A stretch of 64,000 nt of DNA. Source: Candidatus Woesearchaeota archaeon. Lineage in GTDB: Archaea > Nanobdellota > Nanobdellia > Woesearchaeales > 21-14-0-10-32-9. Numbering within the stretch: position 1 is the stretch's first letter; every line of letters begins with the position of its first letter. The notes below the pieces were generated by a model, which made no database searches, was not told the origin of the DNA, and was given only the letters and a program-made list of their open reading frames with translations. Both the position numbers and the translations under genes were made by a program. Shown one piece after another: positions 1 to 8,668 of this stretch. Where the stretch lies: positions 2,008 through 66,007 of the forward strand of contig JAIPET010000004.1 of NCBI GenBank assembly GCA_021736975.1, given 5' to 3'.

Positions 1-726
1 AACTAAACTATCTTCAAGTTTTTTCATTCTATAAGCTTTATCAGAAGCTCTCACTGCAATAAAACCATTTTTAGAAATAACAGATGGACTAATATCAAGA
101 TACTTTTCAGCAACTATACTTTTTAATTCATCATCAGAATTAATTTCAACACCCATCTCCAAAGATCTTGCAAAATCCATGATTTCAACAAGCTTCTTAT
201 CCTCATAATTAAAATAATATTTATCTAAAAAAGGATCTATCTTAAAAAAAACCTGGCCAATCCGCTCATTTTTCTCAAAAACAATATTATTACAAGAATA
301 ATTACCTAACTCTATTTGAGAACGAGATCCTGCATCAATAAAAGTATTTCCCATATACAAAACATAACCTCCAGGTCTTCTTACAGAACTTCTTCCCTCA
401 ACTGAAGGAAAAATAAATTTATGATTATAATCTCCAAAACCTTCAAAACTAATTTTTTCTGTCAAATTAAGCACACATTCAGAATGAGCAGGCAAAATCA
501 ACTCATCCTCATTAAATAAAACACTATTATTTCTTCGCGAAATAAATTCATCAACATAATCTAACTTCACATCTAAAGTAGACGGCTGCAACCTATTTTT
601 TTCTAACGAAAAATCAATTTTTGGGTCGATAGAAATAAATCCTGCATCAATAGCAGCCAATATAACTTTATCAGATAAAATTCTAATACCACACCTATTT
701 ATATCAAGAGGATCTGGAATTTTCAT
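1..726 (-). CDS. dcd: dCTP deaminase/dUTPase-superfamily protein, partial (3' end beyond window edge)
   Basis: Reverse-strand ATG at 724-726. Manual translation of all 242 codons to position 1 gives no stops. N-terminus ILSDKVILAAIDAGFISIDP...LQPSTLDVKL and motif EGRSSVRRPGG match the dcd/dut fold. Longer than typical Dcd and continues off-window. Confidence 0.55.
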   Translation of the reverse strand, partial: MKIPDPLDINRCGIRILSDKVILAAIDAGFISIDPKIDFSLEKNRLQPSTLDVKLDYVDEFISRRNNSVLFNEDELILPAHSECVLNLTEKISFEGFGDYNHKFIFPSVEGRSSVRRPGGYVLYMGNTFIDAGSRSQIELGNYSCNNIVFEKNERIGQVFFKIDPFLDKYYFNYEDKKLVEIMDFARSLEMGVEINSDDELKSIVAEKYLDISPSVISKNGFIAVRASDKAYRMKKLEDSLV

Positions 727-799
727 AAATATAAGAAAAATGATGTAAATATAAATATTACTGCAAAACAATATAAAACAACAAACAATTCTTATATTT

Positions 800-1819
800 A
801 TGTACACATTAAAACAAATTCCTGAAGACTTTCAAGTAACAGAAATACCAGAAAAAGAATTCTTAAAAGAAGGAACATATCAAGTCTGGAAACTAACCAA
901 AACAAACTACAACACAGAAGACGCGATAAAACAAATAAGCAAAGCACTACACATAGAAAGAAAAACAATATCATATGCAGGAACAAAAGATCGAAATGCT
1001 ATAACAAAACAATACATCACAATAAAAAATACACAAAAAGAAAAAATAGAAAAAATAGAATTAAAAGACATACAACTAGAATTTTGCGGATACTTAAACC
1101 AACCATTAAGTTTAGGAGACCTAAAAGGAAACAAATTCAAAATAACAATAAGAAATCTAAACAATGAACAAATCGCAAAAATCAAAACGCAAGATACAGA
1201 ACACAAAAAACAAAACACAGAACTTATACCGAATTACTTTGATGAACAAAGATTTCAAAAAAATAATGCGGAAATAGGAAAACTACTAGTGAAAAAGAAA
1301 TTCAAAGAAGCATATAATTTACTAAAAGAAGACTACCAATACGGAAAAATAATAAAAGAACACTTTGAAGAAAATCAAAACGATTACATAAATGCACTAA
1401 GAAAAATACCAAAAAAAATCCTAAAATTATATGTACATGCATATCAAAGTAAACTATGGAATGAAACAACAACAAAAATACTACATCTAGAATTAGCAAC
1501 CAACATTCCCGAAAATATACCAATCATCGGATTTGGAACAGAAAAAACAGAAAACGAAAAAATACAAGAAATCATAGAAGAAATAATGAAAAAAGAAGAA
1601 ATAACAGAAAGAGAATTCATAAATCAACAAATACCTGAACTTACTGTAGAAGGAACAAAAAGAAAAACATACATAAAATTACAAAATTTAAAAATAAATA
1701 AACCTGAAAAAGATGAACTAAATCAAGATAAAGAAAAAATAAACATAGAATTCTCAATAGGAAAAGGAAGTTATGCAACAATAGTCATAAAACACATATT
1801 TGGCCCAAAAAACAATTAA
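800..1819 (+). CDS. truD: tRNA pseudouridine synthase TruD/Pus7 family
   Basis: N-terminal PEDFQVTEI and catalytic-region motif ISYAGTKDRNAITKQ typical of TruD/Pus7. 339 aa. Confidence 0.6.
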   Translation: MYTLKQIPEDFQVTEIPEKEFLKEGTYQVWKLTKTNYNTEDAIKQISKALHIERKTISYAGTKDRNAITKQYITIKNTQKEKIEKIELKDIQLEFCGYLNQPLSLGDLKGNKFKITIRNLNNEQIAKIKTQDTEHKKQNTELIPNYFDEQRFQKNNAEIGKLLVKKKFKEAYNLLKEDYQYGKIIKEHFEENQNDYINALRKIPKKILKLYVHAYQSKLWNETTTKILHLELATNIPENIPIIGFGTEKTENEKIQEIIEEIMKKEEITEREFINQQIPELTVEGTKRKTYIKLQNLKINKPEKDELNQDKEKINIEFSIGKGSYATIVIKHIFGPKNN

Positions 1820-1875
1820 ATTTATATATTAAAAAGTTAAAAATCTATAATATTACTAAAAAGAGGTAGATATTC

Positions 1876-2526
1876 ATGGCTAAAAAAAAGATAGCAAAGA
1901 AAGTTTCTAAGAAAAAAGTAGCTAAAAGACCAGTAGCAAAAAAAGTAGTACAACCAAAACCAGTTGATAACACAAAAAAAGCGCTACATGGAAGTTGGTT
2001 TCCAGTAACAATGAGAGCACTAATAATGGTATTACTAGGCGTATATTTATTAGCAGCACCAACAATTACATTAGCAACACTAATAACAACAGTGGGAATA
2101 ATACTAATTGCAGAAGGATTACTATTATCAATAACAACTATGATACACCCAAAAGAACATGAAGAGTGGGGAATCTCATTATTCAGAGGATTTTTAGGAA
2201 TATTAATAGGATTATTTGTTCTAGTACAACCATCTTGGTGGCCAAACATGTCAACAAGCACACTAGCATATGTTGTAGCAACAGTAGCAATATTCATAGG
2301 ATTAATAGAACTAATACATTCAATACAACTACACAAACACTTAGAAAACAAATATTTAATGACACTAGCAGGACTATTAGGAACAATATTTGGAGTTTTA
2401 TTATTATTCACACCAATATTTGAATCACCATCAATAATAGTATTACTAGGAGTATATAGTATAATATTTGGTGTTGGATTAATGCTATTTAGCTTTGAAC
2501 TAAAACTGCTTGGAAACAAGCTATAA
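1876..2526 (+). CDS. membrane protein with Lys-rich (histone-H1-like) N-terminal tail and HdeD/DUF308-like repeated TM segments
   Basis: SD-like AGAGGT 8 nt upstream. KKKIAKKVSKKKVAKRPVAKK tail followed by about 6 hydrophobic helices. Confidence 0.5.
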   Translation: MAKKKIAKKVSKKKVAKRPVAKKVVQPKPVDNTKKALHGSWFPVTMRALIMVLLGVYLLAAPTITLATLITTVGIILIAEGLLLSITTMIHPKEHEEWGISLFRGFLGILIGLFVLVQPSWWPNMSTSTLAYVVATVAIFIGLIELIHSIQLHKHLENKYLMTLAGLLGTIFGVLLLFTPIFESPSIIVLLGVYSIIFGVGLMLFSFELKLLGNKL

Positions 2527-2565
2527 TTTTTTTTAATTTTTTAATCTTATTTTTAATCAAAAAAA

Positions 2566-3636
2566 ATGAAAACCATAATACCTAAAATTCTAAAGAGAAA
2601 AAAAGAGAAAGGACTCCCTCCAGGAACACTAATATACACTGGAGAACACACAGAAGAAGAAATAAACATAGAACTAATTCAATACAACGAAAAACAAATA
2701 ATAGAAACAAAAATACAAAAAGAACAAATATCTAAAAAAATAGCCAATAACAAAGTTAACTGGATAAACATAACAGGAATACACGATTCTGAAATAATAG
2801 AAAAAATAGGAAAAGAATTCTCAATAAACCCCTTAATTCAAGAAGACATACTAAACATAAATCAAAGACCAAAAATAGAACAATTTGAAAAACACATATA
2901 CATAGTTATGAAAATGCCAGAATATAAAAAAGAAACACACAAATTGTCAATGGAACAAATATCCTTAATACTAGGCAAAAACTACGTGATTTCTTTACAA
3001 GAAAAACAAGGAGATGTATTTGACACAATAAGAAACAGAATAAAACAAGGAAAAGGCAGAATTAGAAAGAAAAAATCAGATTACCTTGCATACGTATTAA
3101 TGGATTCAATAATAGATTCATACTACTCATTACTAGAAGAACTCGGAGAAGAATTAGAAGATACAGAAATAAAACTAATAGAAAACCCAACAATAGAAGA
3201 ACAACACAAATTAAACAAAGACAAAAAAAACCTCATACTACTAAGAAAAGCAGTGTGGCCTGTAAGAGAACTAATAAGTAGTTTACAAAGACAAGATACA
3301 AAATTAATCAGTAAAGAACTAGAACCTTATCTAAAAGACCTATATGATCACTCAGTACAAGCAATAGATACAGTAGAAACATACAGAGACATGACAAGCA
3401 GCATGACAGACTTATATATGTCAAGCATAAGCAATAAAATGAATGAAGTAATGAAAGTTCTAACAATCTTTGCAGCAATATTTATCCCACTAACATTCAT
3501 AGCAGGAGTATATGGAATGAACTTTCAATACATGCCAGAACTAAACTGGAAATACGGATATTTATATGTATGGATTTTATTTCTAATAATAGGTGGTGGC
3601 ATGTTAATATATTTTAAAAGAAAAAATTGGCTATAA
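2566..3636 (+). CDS. corA: CorA-family Mg2+/Co2+ transporter
   Basis: C-terminal two TM helices with YGMNF (GMN signature) followed by a basic tail. 356 aa. Confidence 0.8.
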   Translation: MKTIIPKILKRKKEKGLPPGTLIYTGEHTEEEINIELIQYNEKQIIETKIQKEQISKKIANNKVNWINITGIHDSEIIEKIGKEFSINPLIQEDILNINQRPKIEQFEKHIYIVMKMPEYKKETHKLSMEQISLILGKNYVISLQEKQGDVFDTIRNRIKQGKGRIRKKKSDYLAYVLMDSIIDSYYSLLEELGEELEDTEIKLIENPTIEEQHKLNKDKKNLILLRKAVWPVRELISSLQRQDTKLISKELEPYLKDLYDHSVQAIDTVETYRDMTSSMTDLYMSSISNKMNEVMKVLTIFAAIFIPLTFIAGVYGMNFQYMPELNWKYGYLYVWILFLIIGGGMLIYFKRKNWL

Positions 3637-3643
3637 AAACATT

Positions 3644-4255
3644 TTAATTCTTTAATTTTTTATAAACAAAAAAATACAATAAAAAAGATAACAAAACAGA
3701 AAATAAAACATCAAACAAATAATGTTGTTTTATAAAAACTGTCGATATACAAACAAGAAAAGTTACAGGGAATAAATACAACGCTTTATTTTTATCAACA
3801 GAATACAAACATAAATTACTAAGTAAAGAATAAAAAACATGACCACTCGGAAATAAATTAAAAGGTAAATCATTAGAATAAATCCAAGAAACTAAACCTG
3901 TAAAAAAATTACTTTCTAAAATAATAGGCCTTAAAATCAAAGTAGGAATAAAAAGATGAAATAAACTAGTAATAGTAACTGCCAAAAATAACGTGAATGA
4001 AAGCTTATAAAAATTTTTTTGAGAATTCCAATAAAAAGAAAATATCAATATCAATAAAGGAATAAAAAGCACATAAAAAACACTAAAAAAAGGAACAAAA
4101 GGAATAAAATCATCAACTAAAGGCCAAGAAAAAACAAAAACATTAGAATTAATCAATAAACGTTGAATCAAACCATATAAAAAAAAGAATTCTAAAATAA
4201 ACAAAATTAGAAATAAAAAACCTTTATGTTTAATAAAAAATTGTTTAAATCCCAC
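3644..4255 (-). CDS. PAP2-family (type 2 phosphatidic acid phosphatase-like) integral membrane protein
   Basis: Polytopic membrane protein with PSGH motif and HYLFDV (SRx5Hx3D-like) motif. TATA-like TATATAAA at 4278-4285 sits about 27 nt upstream of its start. Confidence 0.5.
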   Translation of the reverse strand: MGFKQFFIKHKGFLFLILFILEFFFLYGLIQRLLINSNVFVFSWPLVDDFIPFVPFFSVFYVLFIPLLILIFSFYWNSQKNFYKLSFTLFLAVTITSLFHLFIPTLILRPIILESNFFTGLVSWIYSNDLPFNLFPSGHVFYSLLSNLCLYSVDKNKALYLFPVTFLVCISTVFIKQHYLFDVLFSVLLSFLLYFFVYKKLKN

Positions 4256-4299
4256 ACATTTTTTATTAATAAAAAAATATATAAATGTTTTCGTAAATT

Positions 4300-4463
4300 G
4301 GCTCTAGCCGAAAAAGAATAAATTTGTAAACTGCGAATATTTATTTTTCATCTCCGCTAAAAAGAAATAACCGATAAGCACGTAATTTTATTGACTTTGT
4401 CAATAAACTCATCTCAAAATTCTTCAAGGCAGTATACTAAAATCTGTTATTCCTGCTAGAGCC
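4300..4463. repeat. Family-1 palindromic element, copy 1 (candidate structured ncRNA or MITE-like element)
   Basis: Termini GGCTCTAGCCGAAAAAGAATAAATTTGTAAACTGCG ... GGCAGTATACTAAAATCTGTTATTCCTGCTAGAGCC form an imperfect inverted repeat of about 36 nt. Homologous termini at 25536-25658. Contains an internal 9-bp-stem hairpin TTTATTGAC-TTT-GTCAATAAA (4387-4407). Confidence 0.5.
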
Positions 4464-4600
4464 TGTAAATTAGGCTAATATAAAACCCTTCTTTTTGTAT
4501 TGCGAAGCAATATTATTGACTCCGTCAAAAACAAAAAACCAATATTTGAACTTGTTTTGCCATACAAAAAACAAAGAATTACAATTTAATTCACATTATA
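4464..4600. repeat. Family-3 intergenic repeat, copy 1
   Basis: TAAATTAGG...TTCTTTTTGTATT...TATTGACTCCGTCAAAAACAAAAAACCAATATTTG...GTTTTGCCATACAAAAAAC is closely similar to 47243-47410 (about 35-nt core with 2 mismatches). Confidence 0.45.
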
Positions 4601-4663
4601 AAATTTAACTCTTTCAATTTTGCTTTAAATACTCAAATAAATTAATATTAACACACAATTAAA

Positions 4664-4681
4664 CTAAAAACCTTTATAAAT
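4664..4681 (+). promoter_or_regulatory. Archaeal-type promoter (A-rich BRE-like tract plus TATA box CTTTATAAAT) for tRNA-Phe
   Basis: TATA box at 4672-4681 centred about 30 nt upstream of the tRNA 5' end at 4707. Confidence 0.5.
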
Positions 4682-4706
4682 AACGTCTTTGTTCTATTCT
4701 TCATAC

Positions 4707-4780
4707 GGGAGCTTAGCTCAGACTGGGAGAGCGCCACGCTGAAGACGTGGAAGTCCAGGGTTCAAATCCCTGAGTTCCCA
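4707..4780 (+). tRNA. tRNA-Phe (anticodon GAA), no encoded CCA
   Basis: 74-nt cloverleaf folded by hand. Acceptor GGGAGCT/AGTTCCC, D-arm GCTC-AGACTGGGA-GAGC, anticodon stem CCACG/CGTGG with loop CTGAAGA, T-arm CAGGG-TTCAAAT-CCCTG, discriminator A, followed by TAA. Confidence 0.9.
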
Positions 4781-4835
4781 TAAATTTTTATTAAAAAAAA
4801 TCAATAAATAAGACATCTAAAGGTGCCCATAAATA

Positions 4836-5795
4836 ATGGATACAATAATAACAACAATAATCGTGGTTTTTCTTATATGCCTATCAGGAATATTCTCCGG
4901 ACTAAATTTAGGACTAATGACACTTAATCCTTTTGAACTAAAAAGACAAATAAGATTAGGAAACAAATACGCAAAAAAAATATATCCCTTAAGAAAAAAA
5001 GGAAACCTACTACTATGCACAATACTATTAGGAAACGTAGCTGTAAACTCAATACTAGCAATATTCTTAGCAGGAATAACAACAGGATTAGTTGCAGGAA
5101 TAACATCAACAGCATTAATTGTGGTATTCGGAGAAATAATACCGCAAGCAACATTTTCAAAACACGCACTAAAACTAGGATCAAAAACAGCATGGATTAT
5201 ATGGCTATTTTTATACATACTATTCCCCATAACAAAACCATTATCAATGATTCTTGATAAAATTTTAGGAAAAGAAATACCAAGAGCATATACAAAAAAA
5301 GAAATATCATTATTAGCAGAAGATCAAGAAAAAATAAAACACTCAGACATAGATATAGATGATTTAGAAATAATAAAAAAAGGATTAATATTTTCAGATA
5401 AAACAGTAAAACAAGTCATGACATACAAAGCAAAAGTACAATTCATAGAAAGAACAACATACCTAACAAAAGAAATACTAAATCAAATAAGAACCACAGG
5501 ACATTCAAGAATCCCAGTTTATGATTTAACCAAAGACAAAATGATAGGAATTTTATACACAAAAGACTTAATAGGACTAAATCCACATCCACCAAAAATA
5601 GTAACTAAAATTATGCGAAAACAAATAGTTAGAATAAAAGACACAGAAAAATTAGATGACGTTTTAAAAAAATTTCAAAAAGACAGAATACACATATTCA
5701 TAGTACTAAACAAAAACAACAAATATGTAGGAATAATAACATTAGAAGATATATTAGAAGAAGTATTTGGCGAAATATGGGACGAATACGACTAA
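4836..5795 (+). CDS. CNNM/CorC-family divalent-cation transporter (DUF21 membrane domain plus CBS pair)
   Basis: N-terminal 4-TM DUF21-like region (GLNLGLMTL...LLGNVAVNS) followed by CBS-pair-like region. 319 aa. Confidence 0.8.
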   Translation: MDTIITTIIVVFLICLSGIFSGLNLGLMTLNPFELKRQIRLGNKYAKKIYPLRKKGNLLLCTILLGNVAVNSILAIFLAGITTGLVAGITSTALIVVFGEIIPQATFSKHALKLGSKTAWIIWLFLYILFPITKPLSMILDKILGKEIPRAYTKKEISLLAEDQEKIKHSDIDIDDLEIIKKGLIFSDKTVKQVMTYKAKVQFIERTTYLTKEILNQIRTTGHSRIPVYDLTKDKMIGILYTKDLIGLNPHPPKIVTKIMRKQIVRIKDTEKLDDVLKKFQKDRIHIFIVLNKNNKYVGIITLEDILEEVFGEIWDEYD

Positions 5796-5847
5796 ACAAA
5801 TTCTAACAAAAAAACTTATAAATGATTAACTATTACGAAGTGGTAAA

Positions 5848-6336
5848 ATGAGAGAGAAAATATTAGATTGGTATTTAAATTCAAAATACCCAACAGGAAC
5901 AACAAGCAATCAAATAATAAAGTATTTGGAAACAAGCAAAATACAACACCAAATAACAGACCTATTTGATACCCCAGCAATAAAAGAAGAAGAAAATACA
6001 CCTCACAAAATAAACTTTTACAAAAAAATATTCATACTATACAAAGACAAATCAAAAATACTCTCAAAGTTTGGAAAACCTCAAGAAAAATTTGAAAAAT
6101 ACGATTACGAAATTGAAGAACACATATACATAACAAAAATACCAATAATAATTGCAAATTTATTACCGAACTCAAACAAAGAAACCTCACTTAGACTCCA
6201 AGATAGAAAAGCAATAGGAAAAACAGCGATAATATACGGAACAAAAGAAAACATGGAAACATACATAAAAATATCCAAATCAAATGTAAACTTAAATAAC
6301 ATAATAGAAGAAAAAAACAGAGCCAGACATCTATAA
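5848..6336 (+). CDS. hypothetical protein
   Basis: 162-aa ORF with A-rich coding-strand composition. No recognisable motif. Confidence 0.4.
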   Translation: MREKILDWYLNSKYPTGTTSNQIIKYLETSKIQHQITDLFDTPAIKEEENTPHKINFYKKIFILYKDKSKILSKFGKPQEKFEKYDYEIEEHIYITKIPIIIANLLPNSNKETSLRLQDRKAIGKTAIIYGTKENMETYIKISKSNVNLNNIIEEKNRARHL

Positions 6337-6424
6337 ACACTCCCTAAACATCTAAAAACACAAAAAAAACACTAATCTTTAGTAGTTATAAAGACTTAAA
6401 TAATAAAAAACATAAAAAATACAT

Positions 6425-7054
6425 ATGCAAATAACACCAACCGTATTTTCAAAAAATAAAAAAGAATTTGAAAACAGATTCAAAAAAATATCAAAACTAT
6501 CAAGAGAAATACAAATAGACATAATGGATGGAAAATTTGTAAAAACAAAATCAATAAATATTTCTGACTTACCAAATTTTTTATATTCAGGAAAAATAAT
6601 AGAAGCGCACCTAATGGTAAAAAACCCAGAAAAATATATTGAACCACTAAGAAAAAAATTTGTTGGACGAATAATATTCCATTACGAAACAACAAAAACA
6701 AAAACCCCTGAAATAATAGAAAACATACACAGACACGGAATGCACGCAGTAATGGCAATAAACCCAGAAACAAAACTAGAAAAAATACAACCATATACAC
6801 ACCTAATACACAGAGTCCTAATAATGGGAGTCAAACCAGGAAAAGAAAAACAAAAACTACTAATATCAACATACAAAAAAATCAAAGAACTAAAACAAAA
6901 TAATCTACATCTAAAAATACAAATAGATGGCGGCGTAAATAAAGAAACAGCAAAAAAATTAAAATACGCAGGCGCAGACATATTAAACACAGGAAGCTAC
7001 GTTACAAACGCAAAAGATCCGGAAAAAGCTCTAAAAGAATTAAAAAACATATAG
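6425..7054 (+). CDS. rpe: ribulose-phosphate 3-epimerase
   Basis: IDIMDGKFV and AHLMV motifs of the Rpe (TIM-barrel) family. 209 aa. Confidence 0.6.
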   Translation: MQITPTVFSKNKKEFENRFKKISKLSREIQIDIMDGKFVKTKSINISDLPNFLYSGKIIEAHLMVKNPEKYIEPLRKKFVGRIIFHYETTKTKTPEIIENIHRHGMHAVMAINPETKLEKIQPYTHLIHRVLIMGVKPGKEKQKLLISTYKKIKELKQNNLHLKIQIDGGVNKETAKKLKYAGADILNTGSYVTNAKDPEKALKELKNI

Positions 7055-7062
7055 AGAGCTTT

Positions 7063-7201
7063 TTCCAACATTTCTGTTTTTCAAACAAAAATCATCCAAA
7101 AAAAGCAATAGAAGAACTAAAAAATCTATAACTCACTTTTTCTAACATTTTCATTTTACAAACAAAAATCATCCAGAAAAAGCAATAGAAGAACTAAAAA
7201 A
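7063..7201. repeat. Tandem direct repeat, two copies of about 65 bp, in a convergent intergenic region
   Basis: TTTTC[C/T]AACATTT...CAAACAAAAATCATCCA[A/G]AAAAAGCAATAGAAGAACTAAAAAA occurs at 7063-7128 and 7136-7201, between rpe stop and the stop of the minus-strand gene at 7202. Confidence 0.5.
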
Positions 7202-7729
7202 CTAATATTTCTTTAATAAATTATTCAAATCAAAATACTGAGACCTAACACTCCTTAAAGAATCACTAAAATCTTCCTTAAACTTAACTTCAGAAACATA
7301 ATCGCCACTCCCAACACCAATATTAAAATCAGAATCAAATTTAAATTTGTCATTTGAACCATCAAGAGCATCATTCATTTTTTTATAAGCCAAAACATCA
7401 TTAGGACAGTTAATCTCAAAACCTCCTAATTTAAAACTTAAAGGAGTAAGCTTCAAATCAAAAGCCAAATTATTACCCTTGGAATAAAATTTAGTAAAAC
7501 AACCAACTAAACTAGGAACATCAGCAAAATCAACATAAGTACCTTTTATCTCAGAATGAAAAGAATCATTATAAAAAAAATTAGCTGATTGAATAAAAAA
7601 AGAAGACAACAACTCATTAAAAGGACCATTAGAATCATTAAGGAATTTTAAATCAGCAAATTCAGCATACTCATTTTTCAAATTTGTACCAATTTGAAAA
7701 TTTACTCCTAAACTATTCAAAATCGACAT
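7202..7729 (-). CDS. hypothetical protein
   Basis: 175-aa ORF. No recognisable motif. Confidence 0.4.
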   Translation of the reverse strand: MSILNSLGVNFQIGTNLKNEYAEFADLKFLNDSNGPFNELLSSFFIQSANFFYNDSFHSEIKGTYVDFADVPSLVGCFTKFYSKGNNLAFDLKLTPLSFKLGGFEINCPNDVLAYKKMNDALDGSNDKFKFDSDFNIGVGSGDYVSEVKFKEDFSDSLRSVRSQYFDLNNLLKKY

Positions 7730-7825
7730 ACAAAAAGAAATAAAAACACATTTATAAATTTTTCATTAAAAAATAGTAAAAAAAATAACAATAAGGTTTA
7801 TTAATAACGAAAGAAAAATAAACAT

Positions 7826-8668
7826 ATGCTTGCAAAAAAAGAGGAAATTAAGTTAAAAAAGAAAGCAAACCAAATAAGACAAGACATAATATCCATGATC
7901 TACCACGCAGAATCAGGACATCCAGCAGGAAGCCTAGGAATGACAGATGTCTTAACCTATTTATATTTTAAATTTCTAAAAACATATCCAGGAGAACCCT
8001 CAAACCATAAAAGAGACTATCTAATATTAAGCAATGGACACATATGCCCTGCAATATACGCAACTCTTGCACACAAAGGATTCTTTAAAATGAAAGAACT
8101 CCTTACTTTAAGAAAATTAGGCTCAAGATTGCAAGGACACCCACACAGAACACAATTACCAGGCCTAGAAACAAGCAGCGGCCCACTAGGCAGCGGATTA
8201 AGTCAAGCATGCGGAATAGCACTCTCATTAAAACAAGAAAATAAAAAAAACCAAGTCGTAGTATTAACAAGCGACGGAGAACACGAAGAAGGAAACCAGT
8301 GGGAAGCAATAATGCTCGCAAACAAATACAAACTAGACAACATAATACAAATAATGGATCGAAACCACATCCAAATAGACGGAACCACAGACGAAATAAT
8401 GCCACTAAAAAATCTAAAAGAAAAATACGAAAGCTTCGGATGGCACGTACAAGAAATAAACGGCCACAAATTTAAAGAAATACATAACGCGCTAGAACTA
8501 GCAAAAAACCTAAAAGGACAACCAAAAATAATAATAGCAAACACAACACCCGGAAAAGGCGTGCGCTTTATGGAAAACACAAACAAATGGCACGGCAAAG
8601 CACCAAACCACGAAGAAACACATCAAGCAATACAAGAACTAAAAAAAGAATACGAAAAAATAAAATGA
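7826..8668 (+). CDS. tkt: transketolase, N-terminal (TPP-binding) subunit
   Basis: GHPAGSLGMTDVLTYLYF, SNGHICPAIYA and later GHP motifs. Stop overlaps the next start (ATGA). Confidence 0.8.
   Translation: MLAKKEEIKLKKKANQIRQDIISMIYHAESGHPAGSLGMTDVLTYLYFKFLKTYPGEPSNHKRDYLILSNGHICPAIYATLAHKGFFKMKELLTLRKLGSRLQGHPHRTQLPGLETSSGPLGSGLSQACGIALSLKQENKKNQVVVLTSDGEHEEGNQWEAIMLANKYKLDNIIQIMDRNHIQIDGTTDEIMPLKNLKEKYESFGWHVQEINGHKFKEIHNALELAKNLKGQPKIIIANTTPGKGVRFMENTNKWHGKAPNHEETHQAIQELKKEYEKIK

Noticed and set aside
798-1523. Minus-strand ORFs (798-986, 907-1218, 1302-1523) overlapping truD, and the many similar F/L/C-rich minus-strand ORFs overlapping plus-strand genes throughout the window
   Set aside because: They are the antisense reading of the A-rich coding strand (AAA/GAA gives TTT/TTC), have low-complexity hydrophobic composition, and in every case overlap a well-supported gene on the other strand.
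2166-2423. 85-aa plus-strand ORF inside the membrane-protein gene 1876-2526
   Set aside because: It is an alternative frame fully embedded in a better-supported ORF, with an Asn/Ile/Arg low-complexity product.
4300-4463. Considered SRP RNA because of CAAGGCAG (resembling the 4.5S AGCCAAGGCAG)
   Set aside because: The motif is not conserved in copy 2, and the GGAAG/AGCAG helix-8 features are absent.
8587-8664. N-terminal extension of the NUDIX ORF (MARQSTKPRRNTSS...)
   Set aside because: It overlaps the 3' end of the tkt-N frame. A conserved NUDIX start (MKNKQIKLL) with an ATGA stop/start overlap at 8665 is the better model.
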